This document shows, one piece after another, positions 37,481 to 53,126 of a DNA stretch of 64,000 bases. Each line of letters begins with the position of its first letter. The first letter of the stretch is position 1. The notes beneath the pieces are model-generated. The model was not told where the DNA came from, did not search any database, and saw only the letters and a list, made by a program, of their open reading frames with translations. This DNA is from Chrysomallon squamiferum (taxonomy: Eukaryota; Animalia; Mollusca): NCBI GenBank assembly GCA_012295275.1, contig CM022665.1, positions 33,666,001 through 33,730,000 on the forward strand, given 5' to 3'. The position numbers and the translations under genes were made by a program.

Positions 37481-40400
37481 TGGTGAGATGTTTGAGAATT
37501 CCATACCTGCATAATTCAGCCAGTTTGCCAACCAGCTGCGAAAACTACTGTTGTCCCATAACATTTATTTGAACAGGATACCAGCTACTGGTTAAATCAT
37601 AATATTATACTTATCTTACAGTGTAATGAGTAATCTGTTTCATTTCACACAGCTTGGTTAGGATGTTAGCAAGTTAGTGAGAATAAATAGCCTTGACTTC
37701 AACCACTGAAAACAGAAACTTATGGGATTTGATCCCCTGTGTATATATATATAATGTAAAGGTTTGATAATACTGGGCTTCTATGCAGGCAATGATAGTA
37801 TAAGGATTAATTTTTACATGATAACAATGTTAATAGTGTAATATAATAAAACTTTTTTTAGTGATGCAGGTTAACAAGTAGATTCGCACTGGAGGAATGG
37901 GGACAGTTTACCCATACATTACTTTTGTGACTATTGAGAATTTTGATGTAGACATTATTACAGGATAATTCTGTATGAAGAATATTCTTCTTGATATTTT
38001 ATTTATTTATTTATTATTATTATTATGGGGTTTTTTTCTTATTTTTTAAAGCAGATTTTTAATTTTTATTTATTTCTTTCTTTATTTCTTTATTTTGTTG
38101 ATTTTTTTTAATTTTAATTTTAATTTTAATTTTTATTTATTAATTATTATTATTATTATTTTGTTGCAACACCTGTGACTGCAAATAACACATAATCATT
38201 AAAAAACAAAATTTAAGAAAAATTCCTTTAAAGACTGGGATACTATTATTTCATGAAGAATAAAAGTAGGTCAGATTAACATAATTAATTCAAACAGTAA
38301 TGATGCTACTACATGTCTTAGGTAGATGTTAGCTTCCTTGAATTTAAGACTTAATTTACTTAATGATTAATCTAGGTGTACATGTTAGTGCAGCAAGCCA
38401 CTGTACTAATTTATCATGGGTAACACTGAACAGATTTCCAGAATGCTCTAACAAACCTGTAACCTTGTGTACCTGTTTTCTTTACAATGTTTGGTGAAGT
38501 AGTCCTTACAGGTTCTATATGCAATGTTAAAAGTGCATACAAAATAGTTATTTTCTCATGAATCTGGTAATGAACCAAAAATATAAAAGTATATCAAGAA
38601 TTATTGACTACAGTGTACACCCTCCATCACTATGATTTTAGATGTTAATGAAAAAGCTTTGACTAGAATAGGAATTCATCTAAAGATATATAAATATATC
38701 AAGCATATTTCATTATAGGATCATGTAATATACACCTTCCATCACTGTGATTTTAAATATTAATCAAAGAACTTGTCATTTGACTGAAATTAAAATCTTA
38801 ATGTTTGTGCGGTTATCTACCTGTGGATTTGTTCAAAAGACCACAGTTTGAAGCAGGTGCGAAATACTTGATATATAATGTCTTTTTTCACTGAACTCAT
38901 CTTTCACTACACAGTGTATGTTCACACTCTCTGAACTTTTCCATACCACTGGGTGGTATACATGCTTTTTATGTTGTTTCCTCTTTCCTTTTTCCCTTTC
39001 TTTTATTCTTTAATATCTTTTCTTTTATATTCTTCTTATTTTTTTGGTTATAATTTAAAAATAATTTTTTATTCTTTCTTACTTTCTTGTTCATCTGTAT
39101 TTTATTTTATTTTTTATTATTATTATTTTTGTGTGTGTATGTAAAATCAAAGTAGTAAATTAAATTAAGCAATCTTAAAAGAAAAAAGAAAAAAGCTGAC
39201 AATTCAATTATTTTATAGAGTGAAATTGATCAAATGTTTTTTCTTTCTTGGACTAATGCACTATGACTGGTATATTGAAGACTGTGCATCTTTGTTAAGA
39301 GAAACCCATGCTTTAGTTGTTTGAGTTTTCTCTCACAGACCCAAAAGCAGAATTTTTATTTCTTATCTCTTTTTTTAAATTGTTAGTTTATTTATTTAAT
39401 TATTTTTGTTGTTTATTTATTTATTTTTGTTAACATAGGTACTTGATTATTTAATACATAGATATAACTACTAAACACACTAATGAGTCTGAGAATATAA
39501 ATGTCATTATTTTGTTTCCAGTCTTTTTTTCAATCATTCATTCATATTTTTCTTTTTAGCTTATTGAAAAATAAATAGACAATTAAGAACACAACTAAAA
39601 TAAGAAATGAACAGATTCTCATATTTATTCAGCACTGTGATAACTGTTTACTTTTTATGACGTGGTTACATTGACATACACTATCAGATGAATATGTAGA
39701 AAAGAAAAATTAACAGGTGTTATTGATGTTCACAGAAAGCCATTAATGTCTACAGATCCAAGAAACATATGCTCTGGGCTGTGCACTTATGTATTGTGCC
39801 CAGATGATTGTCCTACAGATTGATCATACATACTTAATGGCATCTGTCTGCCTGCTATTTCATTAACAATTAATTGCAGAAGTGCAATGTTTCACTAAAA
39901 TGTTGTCCAGTTGACTTTTATACTGAAACAAATATCTGCCTAATCTAAATCCATTTTGTACCAGATGATGTTGTTATTACTGGATTGGAAATCATCTTTT
40001 AGAATGATTTTTGAAGTTCTGCTGCAATGTTTTGTATTATTGTTTAAAACATACTGAAAGAATATCGCCTGTGTGCTAAATGTCACAGCTGATAAAGAAG
40101 TGTGTTTAATGAAACTTGACTAACATATTAAATACTTCTCCATATTTTCATTATTTCCAATTCCAGTGTTTGATTTTCAATTATTATTTCAAGATCACTT
40201 CAAGAGTATATGTCTTAGAGAGATGAGGTATAATTTGAAGAAATATCACTCATATACTTTCACATTTTACTTTCTTTCATTTCTTTCCAATTCTAAATTG
40301 TGCTCTTTTACTACTGTTTAAGATGACTTCAAACTTCCAAATCATTACGAGAAAGGGTGTAATCTTGTTGTACAGTGGGCTTGATCTAACATTTTTCTAT

Positions 40401-40749
40401 TTTACGGTTTATATCCTGTCCAGGCATTTCAAGATCAAATCCAGATTTCATGTCACAAAAGATCATGGTATAATAAAATCATTCTTAATAATGTACTGTC
40501 ATATTTTTCTGGCTTTAGTTTATTTTCTATTTCAAAGTTTAGCTTGTTCTTAATTAATTTTTCAAGATAATAAGATATTTAATCCCTTTGCTTTTACTTC
40601 TAATTTTAAAATTCAGATCACAATATTAAAAAATAAATAAAAATAAAATAAGTTAATATTATTTATTAATTAAAACTTCAGAATTATATATTTAATAACA
40701 ATATTGGAAGAAACTTTTTTTCCTAAAACCAATATGTTGTTATATATGC

Positions 40750-41580
40750 TAAATTTAATAGTAATATAGAATTGTAAAAAAAAATAAAAAAATAAAAATT
40801 AATAAAAAAATGAAAATAAATACAAAAATTCTACTGAACCAATGCATTCTCACATGCGCCATAAATATAATAATAATATAGGATTGTGAAAATAAATAAA
40901 TAAATAAATAAAATTAAATAAAAACAAATATAAAACTTCCATTGAACCAATACTTTCTCATATATAATATAAATTTAATAATAATATAGGGTCATTCCAT
41001 GTCAAATCACCCAATGGGTTAAACCTGACCATCTCAGATTTTTATAAAACTTAGTATACTTGTTGACTTGGATCCCACAGCACCAAATCTGAAATTTTAG
41101 CCCAATCGGATCAGTGGTGTGGGAGATGAGGCCCATCGAATTTTGAGATTTTTGGCAAAAATGGGCGTGACCACCAACCTTTGAACCCTCATATCTCAGG
41201 AACTACTGGGCCAATCTTCATAAAATTGGTACTGTTGAAAAGGCAATATGACAAAGATTCCAAATCTGCCATTTTTGGAAAATATTGGGGTATATTTACC
41301 TTTTGATCTTTGCTGAGACGGTCGGGTTTAAATTTCCTTTTTTGGGGGGTGATTTGACATGGAATGACCCTATAGTATTATAAAATATAAAATAAAAAGT
41401 AGATTTAAAACAAAAATTCCATTGACGCAATACATTATCATATTCACTATAAATTTAATAATAATGTGTATGTATTATTTTATAATAAACTGCCCTAAAA
41501 CCTCAACATTCTTATATAAATTACAAATTTAATAATACTGTAGTATTGTACAAATACTCCCACTAAACCAATACATTCAC
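40750..41580. repeat. Degenerate AT-rich tandem repeat (~105-115 bp) interrupted by a MITE
   Basis: Recurring aaatttaataataatatag ... ttccattgaaccaatacatt units on both sides of the MITE. Confidence 0.6.
40989..41370. mobile_element. 382-bp MITE with perfect 24-bp TIRs and TATA target-site duplication (Sola2-compatible)
   Basis: GGGTCATTCCATGTCAAATCACCC (40989-41012) and GGGTGATTTGACATGGAATGACCC (41347-41370); TATA on both flanks; interior homologous to the arms of 18725-20747. Confidence 0.9.
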
Positions 41581-41777
41581 ACACTTTCTGGAATGTTAAA
41601 TACTCTACCATGCACTTTAGTAGCTACACAAATATGTAACATACATAAGTTGCATTATATCAAGCCCTAAAATTCCTCATCATTTCCTATTGCCTTACTT
41701 ACCACTTGTGTTTGTTAGAGGTGGTCATAGGACAAGGGATTATGATTAACAGTAATACTAATGCACATGTGTTTGCT

Positions 41778-41809
<32 letters not shown>

Positions 41810-44800
41810 TGTTAATCAAGATGTTTACTTGTTAAATGATACACTGAAGTTGAAATATTGAACGTTTTCATTTCTTAAATACAGCTAAAATTATTTGCTT
41901 TATGGGTGTATATGTATATATATGTGTATTTGTGTATTTCTGTATGTATATGTGAATCTGTATAGGTACACAAACGCACACATACACAGTTAACATCTCA
42001 TATACAATTCATTCTTGACAATAAATTTACAACAGAATATGAAATAATGAATATATAAATTTTCATCTTGAAATATAAATGCATTATTGAATGTATCTGA
42101 GATAAAGCAATCAAGGAGATTTGAGCAGTGTGTGTGTGTGTGTGTCTCAGAGTGAAAACAAAACAAACATGTTTACAAAATTTAATGTGTTATCAAACAT
42201 ATTTTGAACCAGGAATTTGGTTTAAAATTCAAACATTCTGCCTATTGAATTTACAAGGAATTTCCTGCTAGTTACATTAAATTAAAATATGATGACAACT
42301 ACTTTGTATCTATAATTCTTTTGTCAAGACCCACACACAAAAAAGGTGTGTATGTATATACTGTATATGTATATGTGTAAAAAGAAACATGAATTATGTA
42401 CTCTATACATCTATGTATGTGTCTGCTGTCAGTGTGTGTGTGTGTGTGTACAGTAATTTATAAAACTCTTATTAAGTTGACTGATCTATTGTTATTAAAC
42501 TAACAGTGCAAGAGAAAGCAACTCGTTTTCAAGAATCCTGTGATTTTTTCACACCTGTAACTAAACCATACCAGCTGGAACTGACATAAATGGTTCTTGT
42601 TCTGCAACAGGTAGAAGACAGATATATTAGGTTTGTACAGTGACTCACTATTCATCACTTACTATTCCAGTAAAATATGTAGAGCACACCCAGAACTATA
42701 TCTCTATACAAAATGAAATCCAGAGGAAACTGACTGATCCAATACTGGTTGAATAAAAAGCATTTTGTGTTGCTTTTAATTTTATGAAGTCCTGACATTT
42801 TATTTTATTTTATTATCTTAAATGAAATTATTATAAAATTACATATATATTGTTATTGAAGCAATATGGTCTCACTGTGGTGAATACATAATCATTGTTC
42901 ATAGTTTTTTATTCACTGACCAACCGCAGTACTTAAACTGCAGTATATCACATCTGTACAGGTAGTTAGATAGATAGGCATTCATTATTATATACAATAA
43001 ACTAGATATCATCATCTTCTATTTCTGATACTGGTTTTTCAGTAGTGTTTATACAGGCAGATAACATGTATGTGTATGGATAGCCCTGTATGAATAATTA
43101 CATATGATCAAGTATGTGTGTATGTATATATGTGGTATTTGTGTCTGTCTGTATTTTATGTGTGTATATATGTGTATAAAGGTATGTGTTTGTGATTGTG
43201 TGTGTGTGTGTGTGTGTGCACGCGTGTGTGTGTGTCTATGCCATTCTGTGTATATGTATGTATGTATGTATAGACTAACTAGAAACCAATTTGTCAATCT
43301 TTTTATCTTCATTTTGTTGATGTTTCTTCCACTTTGTTTTTCTTTGTTGCACAGCATTTTCTAGCTCATTGTGTCTGTATTTATGTGAAAATGAATGGAA
43401 TTACTGCTGCAGGTTTTACAGATTAATTGTGCATAGTGTGGTCAACACAAACATACATCTGCTGCATTACAGTGGCTGAATGCCAGTCAAGATGCACTGA
43501 ACCAACCACAGGAAATATGTAGCAGAAAAATATCTATAACAATAGCTGGAATAGCTAAACACCTTGCAGTCATTGTTAAACATACCATTGGGTTTGTAGA
43601 TGGATGGTTATGAGCAATTATTTTTACTGCATAGTGAACATTGTTATTGCTGACAGAATGAAGGTGTACAAATTTTGCAGCTTGTTATTTAATACGCACT
43701 GATGTTATACATACATACATACATACATACATTTTTATTGCATAGAGAAAATAACAGTTATTCTAGCAGAGTGAAAAACTATAGTTATTGATTATCTCAG
43801 AATGTTATATATGTATGTTCAGGATTAGGCATTTTTACTGCATTGCACAGCTTCTAGTTATTGCTGCTTTCAGGATTATGTGTTTGTTTTATGAATATTT
43901 GCAATTATTGTTAAACTTAGCCTAGAGATACAAATATGTGGCCATGATCAGACATTTTATATTTTATTGTGGAACTAAGTTATAATGTCAGAAGGTTACT
44001 GTGTAAAAACTCTAGATTGCTTCAGCCACTTTACTAAAGAAATCAAATATTTTAAATTTTATAGCTAACCTGTATGGAACTCAATGTAACATCTATTTTT
44101 ATCACTTGCCTAAAGAAGCCAAATATTATATATTTCTTAGTGAAGCTGTAAGTTACAACTGTTAGTAGATAACAGTGTAAAAATTAATGTCTGTTTTTAT
44201 CAGTTTGCTGGATAATGTAATAGTCACCTGTCATCTAAGACCTACACTGAACAAACTGGATATTGATTAAGAAGAAACACACTGTTATATGTCTTCCAAA
44301 CTCAAGTGACATTTTACATCTGTTGCCACTAATAAACTGAGCATTACTGTTCTGATTAACTCAGTATTAATATATAGCTGCCCTGATTTCAATTTACCAT
44401 ATTTTGTACAGGGCTCTATTCTTTAGTAAATGTTTGTATTTGTTTAGTTTGGTTTCCTGGTAACTGATGCACATCTTTGTTTATTAAATAATCTACTGAA
44501 GAGGCTAGATAATGAGAAATGTATGTCAAGAGATGATGTACAAGTTACTGAGTTCTAATTTTATGACTGGCTTCATCTGAAAGTGACACAGCAGTTTTTG
44601 GATTATATTGTTATTTCATTAAGTATAATAATTTAATAATTTATCTAATAAGTAATTCACAGGTCTCATGCCTAATAAATAGCAGGATCAATCCTTCTCC
44701 TTGGTCTGCCTTTAGCTCTGTTTCCCTTTCTTTTTAATTAACTTTATAAGAAAAATGTAGAACAATGTTTGACCTTCAAAACATACACGCACACACATAC

Positions 44801-47074
44801 ACATAAATACATATACACACATTTTTGTTTTATTTTGCAACTATTAAAGTATTAAAAAGACAACTACAAGTAATACTCATAAAATCTGAAAGCAATGAGG
44901 ATTATATCATCCTTCTAAAAACTGACAAAGAAAAATCTTACATGAACAAATGCCAAATTAAAATAGCATAGCAAAAAACAAAAAAAAACCCCTAATGTTC
45001 TGACTTAACATGACAAAAAAGTGTTATCAATGGATTTCAGAATGACATAACTACAAAACTGATATCAGTATATGTTGTCACTTAAAATGACATCGAAAGA
45101 AATAATATCAGAAAATACTGGGTTAAAATGACATGCACACAACAACAAAAAAAACACCCCAAAAAACTCATACCAATTTTTAAATAATTTAAAATGACAT
45201 ATAAAAATTGGAATCAATAAATATACTGTGACTTAAAATGATATAAAGAAAAGTATATCAGAAAATTCTGAATTAAAATGTTTATGCAGTGACTTAAATA
45301 ATTTAAAATGACATATAAAAAATTGATATCAGTAAATACTGTGACACCAACTGACTCATTCCTAGATATAGAGTAGGTATCACTGGACTTGACTTGGACA
45401 GACACATGATTTTTTTTTTTTATATATACACACGTTTAATAAAACTGATTTCTTCATATACAGTGGGTAATATACAATTTAATTAATACATTATGTGGTT
45501 GGAACTGCTAAGTATTTGACTTGCTCTGCTGTCTGTCAGTTTGAAATGTTATGTCACCATTTGGCCTCTAGGGTTGTCTTTAGATCAATTTCTTACTTTC
45601 AGAATAATTAACTTATAACAATTAATTCTTTCTTATATATATTTTGTTATAATCACTCACTTATTTGCATTTTTATTCATGATTAGCAGGGATTTACTAC
45701 TATTATTATTATTATTATTATTTATTTATTTATGTATTTTTATTATTATTATTTATTTATTTATGTATTTTTATTATTATTATTTATTTATTTATGCATT
45801 TTTATTATTATTATTATTTTATTATTATTATTATATTATTATTGTTATGTGAATGACAGAAAATGATATTAGTGTTTATTTAACAATATAAATACAATTT
45901 GTCAAAACAGATGTCTTATTGTGGTACTATCAACAAATGAAATAATGCCATTTTTTAATTTTAAAGTTGATATTATAAATTATAATTCTTTGATAGAGTT
46001 CAAAACAGAAAATATCTTTACATTTATATTATTTTTTGTTGTTGTTCATAACCAGTTCTGTAATAGCTATTAAAATTAAATTTGTGTTGAGGTACCATTA
46101 AATACAGTTTTATTTCTATTATTATTTAATCTTTGTTTTGATATGCAATAAAAATGATAGAACGTTAACAACATTCTCAGAAAGGTGACCTTGCCTTTCT
46201 GTTGCTTGCTATAAATATGAAAACACACAGAGCAGTTGTTTAAAATACACAACCAATGTTTAAACTAGTACTAAATTTGTGTGTGTGTGTGAGTACACAC
46301 TGAAATCATTACCACAGTAAAGTAAAAAAAAAACAATTTTGACAGTAAACCATAAATATACTGATTGTTCATTATTTTCAACCTATAAAGTTTTGGTCAT
46401 GCTTGATAAGTCTTTTGCCATTTTCATTTAATTATTTCTCTGCTTTCATTGTTATTACCCTTCTTTTTGCCATGTCTGTGAATTGGTTTATGCAAACACT
46501 TTAATAGTCTGTTATAATATTAACAACATGGCAGTGTACATTGTGACAACAGACTAACATGTAACTTGGGTCAATCATCCCTGAAAACAACAACAGATGA
46601 ATAATATATGGATGGAGTGTATATACTGTCAGTGAAAATATTGGTAATTATGTATAATACTGTTTTATTAGCTATAAATATATAAATGTATGAGAGATAA
46701 ATATTCCTGGTGAAAGCATATGTGTGTGTGTAAAATATGTTTGTTATTTGATTCAGTTCTGTATTTAAAAAAAATTTATTTTCCAAGAAAACAAATCCCA
46801 GTAAAACAGAACACAATAAAATTTAAAAAAAACCCAAACATTTAAGTATTTTTAGAAAGAAAATTATTTTCCAAGAAAGAACAAATCTCAGCAATAAAAT
46901 CAGGAAAAATTCTGTATTTAGAAAGAAAATCAGGACAGTTAAGATTAGGAACACTTTATCAAGTGATAACTGACAGGACTGCTGTTAAGTCTTCAGATCC
47001 CATTTATCATCCAAACTGTGAGTTCAATCCCAGTTTTCTTCTTAACTCAAAGTATAATAATTAATAGTAAAATT

Positions 47075-47109
<35 letters not shown>

Positions 47110-47384
47110 AAATATACTTCCATATAATTTCAGCATTTTTAGAGTCAATCATAAAAGACTAAGGAGTTGAAAGCTTAGTGTAATCCATGAAATTAAATGC
47201 AGTTAATAATCAGTTATTACCTTGACAAGTTTGTAATAGCATTACCATTAGTTAAATTATCTCAAGTAATTGCATTAATATAGATTTTTTTCCCAAAGTG
47301 AAGCTAATGGTTTCATGTATTCCTTCTGCCAGAAGACTAAAGCAATCAAATAAAGTATATGTATATAGCAGGTTGCTTTTATTG

Positions 47385-47690
47385 ACTGGGGTGTAGTAGC
47401 ATAGTGGTTATACCACTGACCTGAGCCATGATATATCACAAGATCAATCCTCAATGATACATTGCTAGACTCATCTCCAGTAATCAAATGCCATGATTAG
47501 TGTTATTTCAGACCAGTGCAGGATGAAATACTCTTCCTGTGGGATGATGCCATATGAAAAATCTCTGACTGTTAATAGGAAATGTAGTCTTTGAAATGAC
47601 AGTAGATTTCCCATCTCATGTCATCATTGCTACAAAAAACACATATTTATATCTAACGTGCTATAACCAAAAATATTAATCTTAACAAAA
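47385..47690 (+). mobile_element. Decayed tRNA-derived SINE
   Basis: A-box-like TAGCATAGTGG (47397), B-box-like AGATCAATCC (47441), central CTGTGGGATGATGCCATATGAAAAATCTCTGACTGTTAAT similar to 59201-59240 and ~61970-61995. As I recall it, this resembles the Meta domain of molluscan SINEs. Confidence 0.6.
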
Positions 47691-49143
47691 GAAACCTGAA
47701 TGAATATCTGTATATATATTTTTTTTTAAATTGTATTTAATTATATTTTGTATGTAATGATTATTTGATGCTAATAATACACAGAAATTATAATGAATTT
47801 TATATTTTTTTACACTGAAAGAATCAATACAACTGATTAGAAAATTAATAAATTGTTAAGTTTCTTATTTTGCAATGATTGACAAACATATTGGACAATA
47901 ATTAATAATTTGTTAGGTTTTCACATTCATAGTAATTAATAAACATATTAGAAAAGTATTAATAAAATGTCACATTTGCTCATTTCATAATGAAATATTA
48001 TTGGTATCCAATGAAGCTTATCACGTGAGACCATGCTATTGTCAGGTTATTGTTATCTTTAAACAAAGTGTTTTAATATATTCAAATAAAAATCTTCCAC
48101 ATATTGCTAGTTTAATATTTACAAATGTGTAAATATTACCTCAGAAATGCTATTTTATTATTTTCAAAGTAAATGCCATTGTTTATGATAAGTTTAATAT
48201 TTACAAATATGTAAATAGAAATCCAGAAAATGCTATTATAACTTATTTTTATCAAATAAAATAAATTTGAAACTAGATGATGCTGCTTTGATATTGACAG
48301 ACATGTAAAGTTAATATCCATGATAATGATGCTCATTATTGTCAAACATGTTCAAATCTGACCTTGGTTAGTTTAACAAACAAATGTGAAAGAGCATATG
48401 TTAATTGCAGTGTAATTTTATTATGAAAGGCAATTTTGTTTCTGGACAAAAATCTCTTTAAGATGTATTGATATTTGCCATCATTGTGGGCACTGACAGT
48501 TCATCTTAGACATTAAAGAGATATATTAAAAAAATAAGAACAGTGCATATTAAAAGGTGTACTTGTCATTATCATTAACATAACCCAAACAACTTTCAGG
48601 ATTAACTTTGGTTGCTTGGTGAGGAAAGGAACTAGGGTGGCTTGGAATGCAGCCAAGTGCACACAACTGTAGTTAAGTAGGTGAAACTTTGTTAGTGAAT
48701 TCAGTGGTAACCTTCTGGCTGTTTGCAACTACTCTTTCTAATAACAACATCTTTGAATGGTGATTAGTTACCTAGAAGACATAGCAGAAGTGAATATAAT
48801 AGAGAGAAAAGAATAGCTTTGTGAAAAACAAATAAAGTTGTCTCTTCACTGTTGTAAGTTAAGTGTGTATTGGAGTATATGTGAGAAAGAGAAAAAGAGT
48901 ATGTGTGTGCGTGCTCTTCCATCATCTATGTCTTAGAGATATATATGACTGATTACATGAGAGATAGTGTGTGTGGGAATGATTTAAACAAAATTGTTTG
49001 TTTATTTACCTGTTTTTAACCTTTGTAAATATGTGAATTATCTAATGTAGCTGAATTGAATTACTGGCAGAAATGTTATATAATGAGTAAAAATTGATTG
49101 TTAGATAATTTTATTTAATTATGCTGAATAAACTGGCTGCTAA

Positions 49144-49174
<31 letters not shown>

Positions 49175-51149
49175 GTTACTATTACTCCTACTGCTACTAT
49201 TATAATGTCTAATGTTATTAATATTATTGTTGTTGTTGTTATCAAATTTGTTGGGGTTTTTCTTGAAAAAAAGACTATATTAACCTTCAGTGTTTCTGTA
49301 TCCATATTTCATGATAATTCTTTCTTATAAAGAGTATTATATAGCAGAAATTATTTTTTTATTTTTTATTAGAGGTTACAAAGGAGAGGAAGTCTGTATA
49401 TATATGTATGTGTTTGTGTGCATATGTGTATGACTAAGAGGGTATGTGTATTTTGTGTATGTGTATGTATATGTGTGTGTGTGTTTATTTTATTTTTTAA
49501 ATTTTCAGCTGATGTCCATTATTAAAAAACAGTAAAATGTACATCACTGATTTATCTGTTGTTTTACTTCAAATCAGCCACACAGCATATTTATTCTTTA
49601 ACAAAAGACATTTTTGTAATGCCTATAATGTTACAGAGAATCAGTTTACATCATCTTTGTCACAGACCTTGTTTACAGTTTATATTTTTTATTGTTATAA
49701 AATTCAGCTTACACTTATTTTATTACCTGCACAGGTAAATGTTACCCTTTTACATGTACAGGTAAAACATTACTACTTTGTATTTTCTAAGAGACTGGTT
49801 CATTATATATCATTTCCTCCAATGTCAATAAGCTTGTTTTGTTCCCTGCATATGATTATGTGTTCACACACACAAACACACACATACAGTATAAGATGAG
49901 GGATCCATTATCAAAAGATTCAGCTTAAGGCTACAAACATGACATAATATAAGTGCTCTAAATTTATACCTGAGTGATTTATTAGTGATAAAAAGCAGAT
50001 TGTTAACATGGCTGAGTAAACAAGTTAGTACGGTTACAGTAGTACAGTTGATGTTGATTCCTAAAATCTCTGTACACAGTCTAACACACCTCGGAACTTC
50101 AACTACATGACAAATCAGTCAAATAAATGAATTTTATATTAATACCTAAATGTTAAATAGTTACCTGTCTTAAAGATTCTTAAGTTTGTTTTTTATTATA
50201 TATTTTTATTTATTTTATTTTATTTTGTTATTATTTTTTTATTAATGTTTTTTCTTCTGATAATGACATAATAGATGATATCTATTGACAATACTCAATG
50301 GGCTGTCTTTTTTGTAAACAATTTCTCACAGAGAGGTAAGTGCATAGTCTTTGATAAAACAGTTGTGGAGCATTAGTTGGAACAGAAAACAGTTCATTAA
50401 CACGTTCGGTGCTGGGTGTTTTGGGGATTTTCAAAATTGAAACAAGTTTTTGCTCGTACTTGCCATGATTTTCTGAATGCCAGGGAAGCCCAAAGTAGAT
50501 CAATAATTGCCTACATCAGCACTGGAAGTCACGTCACTAATGCATGGCAATTTTAAAAGTATGACAGAGATCACTGTCATTCAGCACCAAACATGTTAAG
50601 AAGAATAAATCCTGAAACACTAACACCTCAAAACTGCATGCTAACCACTGAGCCACTAAAATAGAGTTTGGTCTGTCAGTAGCTAGCCACTGTATTGTGG
50701 AATCTGAGTGCAATTTGTCTGATTCAGGCAAATCAAATTTTGAATAAGATATAAACTTTGTATTGCAAATGAGATTGTTGTGTGAAAATAAAAATGTTGT
50801 GATCACATCATTTCAAATGTAATTGGCTGTTATGAGAGGTATTCATATTCTGTGATGTCACATTTGGGCAGAACATGAATTGTACATTATTACTGATTGG
50901 AAATATTAATACATTGTTGGTTAACTATATCACCCAGTCAGTTTGTACTGCTATCTGGTAGATACCAACCTATTTATATACATAAAGCCTGAATGTAAAC
51001 AGACACACATCCACATACATCCACAAACATTTATAGTAATACATACAGATGCATGCATACATACATACACACTACATAAGTACATACATAGAAACCTACA
51101 TACATACATACTACATATATATATACACATATACATACTTAGATAGAGA

Positions 51150-51181
<32 letters not shown>

Positions 51182-52587
51182 GATAACAAATGCTAGCAGG
51201 TGATATACCTCAATTACATTTTTTTGTTTTGTTTTCATTAAATATTGAGTGATAGTTCAGAGGGAGAATTCTGGATCAGACTGAGTTCTAGAAACTGTTA
51301 AATTTTCCAATAAAAATCCATTACATGAGATTTTGAAAATGCTTTCATTGCATGACCTTTCAGACACAACATGCTTTGACTAGCAGGATGTATGGATTTG
51401 GAATATCAACAGACTGGAGATAATTGAAAATACTGTCATCAAAACAACAGTCTTATACCAAATGTACATTTTCTTACCTTGTAACTGTAGAATGCTGCTT
51501 CATATTGTGCACAGAATGCATGATGTTTTTTACTGTGTTTATTTTTGTTATCTGTATGTTTCTTTCACCAGGATGAGTTTTTTAATATATATATACTGTT
51601 ACTATTATTATTATTTCATTATTTCATCATTTATTTATTATTTTTCTTTTCTTTTTTTTTTGTTATTTGTTTTCTCCATGATTTGTATGGTTTTTTGTGT
51701 GTTTTTTTCAGCATTTATAAAATTAATTATAGTTTTATTGTTATCTTTTATTTAATTGTTCATGTTATATGCATGATTCTGTTTTCATTTACTTTATCTG
51801 TTTGCATGTATTTTTACTGTCATTCTTTTATGCTGTATAGGTTAGTTCAGCTAAAATAAGTATACATATATGTACCCAGATATAGAAGAGAGGCTTTTAA
51901 CTCTGACATATTTTACTTATGTATATTTTATTTTTAATTTCTTAATTTTTTTAAATGATTTATTGGTTGCTGTTGTTAAATAATAACCTTTAATATAAAA
52001 AAGTTCTGGTATTTAATTACTTTTAACAATATGCTTTCAAAATATGTTAGAATTTTTCTTTTGTTGTTAATATGTTTGTTTGATAGATTACTCTAAAGAT
52101 TTTTATATATTTATCTTTTTTCATGCCTTTATTAATTAATTTTTTTTTTTTATTTATCTGTTTATAGCCATCTAAAGAAAAAATAATAATAATAATAATA
52201 AATAAATAAAAAATGTCATATAAAAATATTTCTCTGAATTCTGTTTCAATGGATTTTTATTACATCTAACTAAACTAAACTTTCCGGTAAAAAAAACATT
52301 TAATTTTCAAATGTGTATTATTATTTATTATACTTTTCATCCCTCTTTATTTGGACATTAACTTTATTTACATTAATATATGTAAAATATAATAAAATAT
52401 ATCGTTCTAATAATAAAATACAAATATTAATTGGAACACACACGACTATTTTAAACTGTTGATTTAGAACAATTATGTTTACAAATTAATGTTTGTAAAA
52501 GATTTATAATGTATTTTTCCTTGTATCATAAAGTAGGTAAACAAAATATATTGAAAAATAAATGTATTTGCCCATATATAAAAACTA

Positions 52588-52623
<36 letters not shown>

Positions 52624-53126
52624 ATGTTTACAGATTTACAAAATGCCATGAATAGAGATGATTGTTTCACTATATAAAACATATTTAATAAAACAAGAAT
52701 AATAAAGTTTTCAATTTTACTGCATATAGCTCTGGATTTGTTTTTTAAACACACACACACACATACATATTAACAAAAACTTGTTATGTTAATCTATAAC
52801 CTCAACACTAACACACTATTTATCTGTACTGAATAACATTATCTGTGTCTATACAGTTGAGTATATTAATAATATGATCACACACACACACACACACACA
52901 CATACTCACTTGCTCCTGCCAGCTCTATACCTTGATTACTCTTCACTTGTAGCAACCCTTGTCTATGGTAGTGCAAAAAGACAGAAACAGAGAAACAGTG
53001 AAACATGGAAGCTGAATCATTTTATGTTAGATTGTCTATTTACAAACATCATTAAAAAATCTGGCACTATCATTGTTCACATATTTACCAATGTGCTTCA
53101 TCTGAGTACCAGTATAATAAACTTCT

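Noticed and set aside
43049-43364. His/Thr-rich and Cys/Val-rich ORFs (also 50943-51238 and the tail of 15099-15503)
   Set aside because: Translations of (CA)n/(TG)n microsatellites.
46990-47035. tRNA gene (B-box GAGTTCAATCCC; also an A-box on the minus strand near 50640)
   Set aside because: No cloverleaf can be built; most likely SINE-head remnants.
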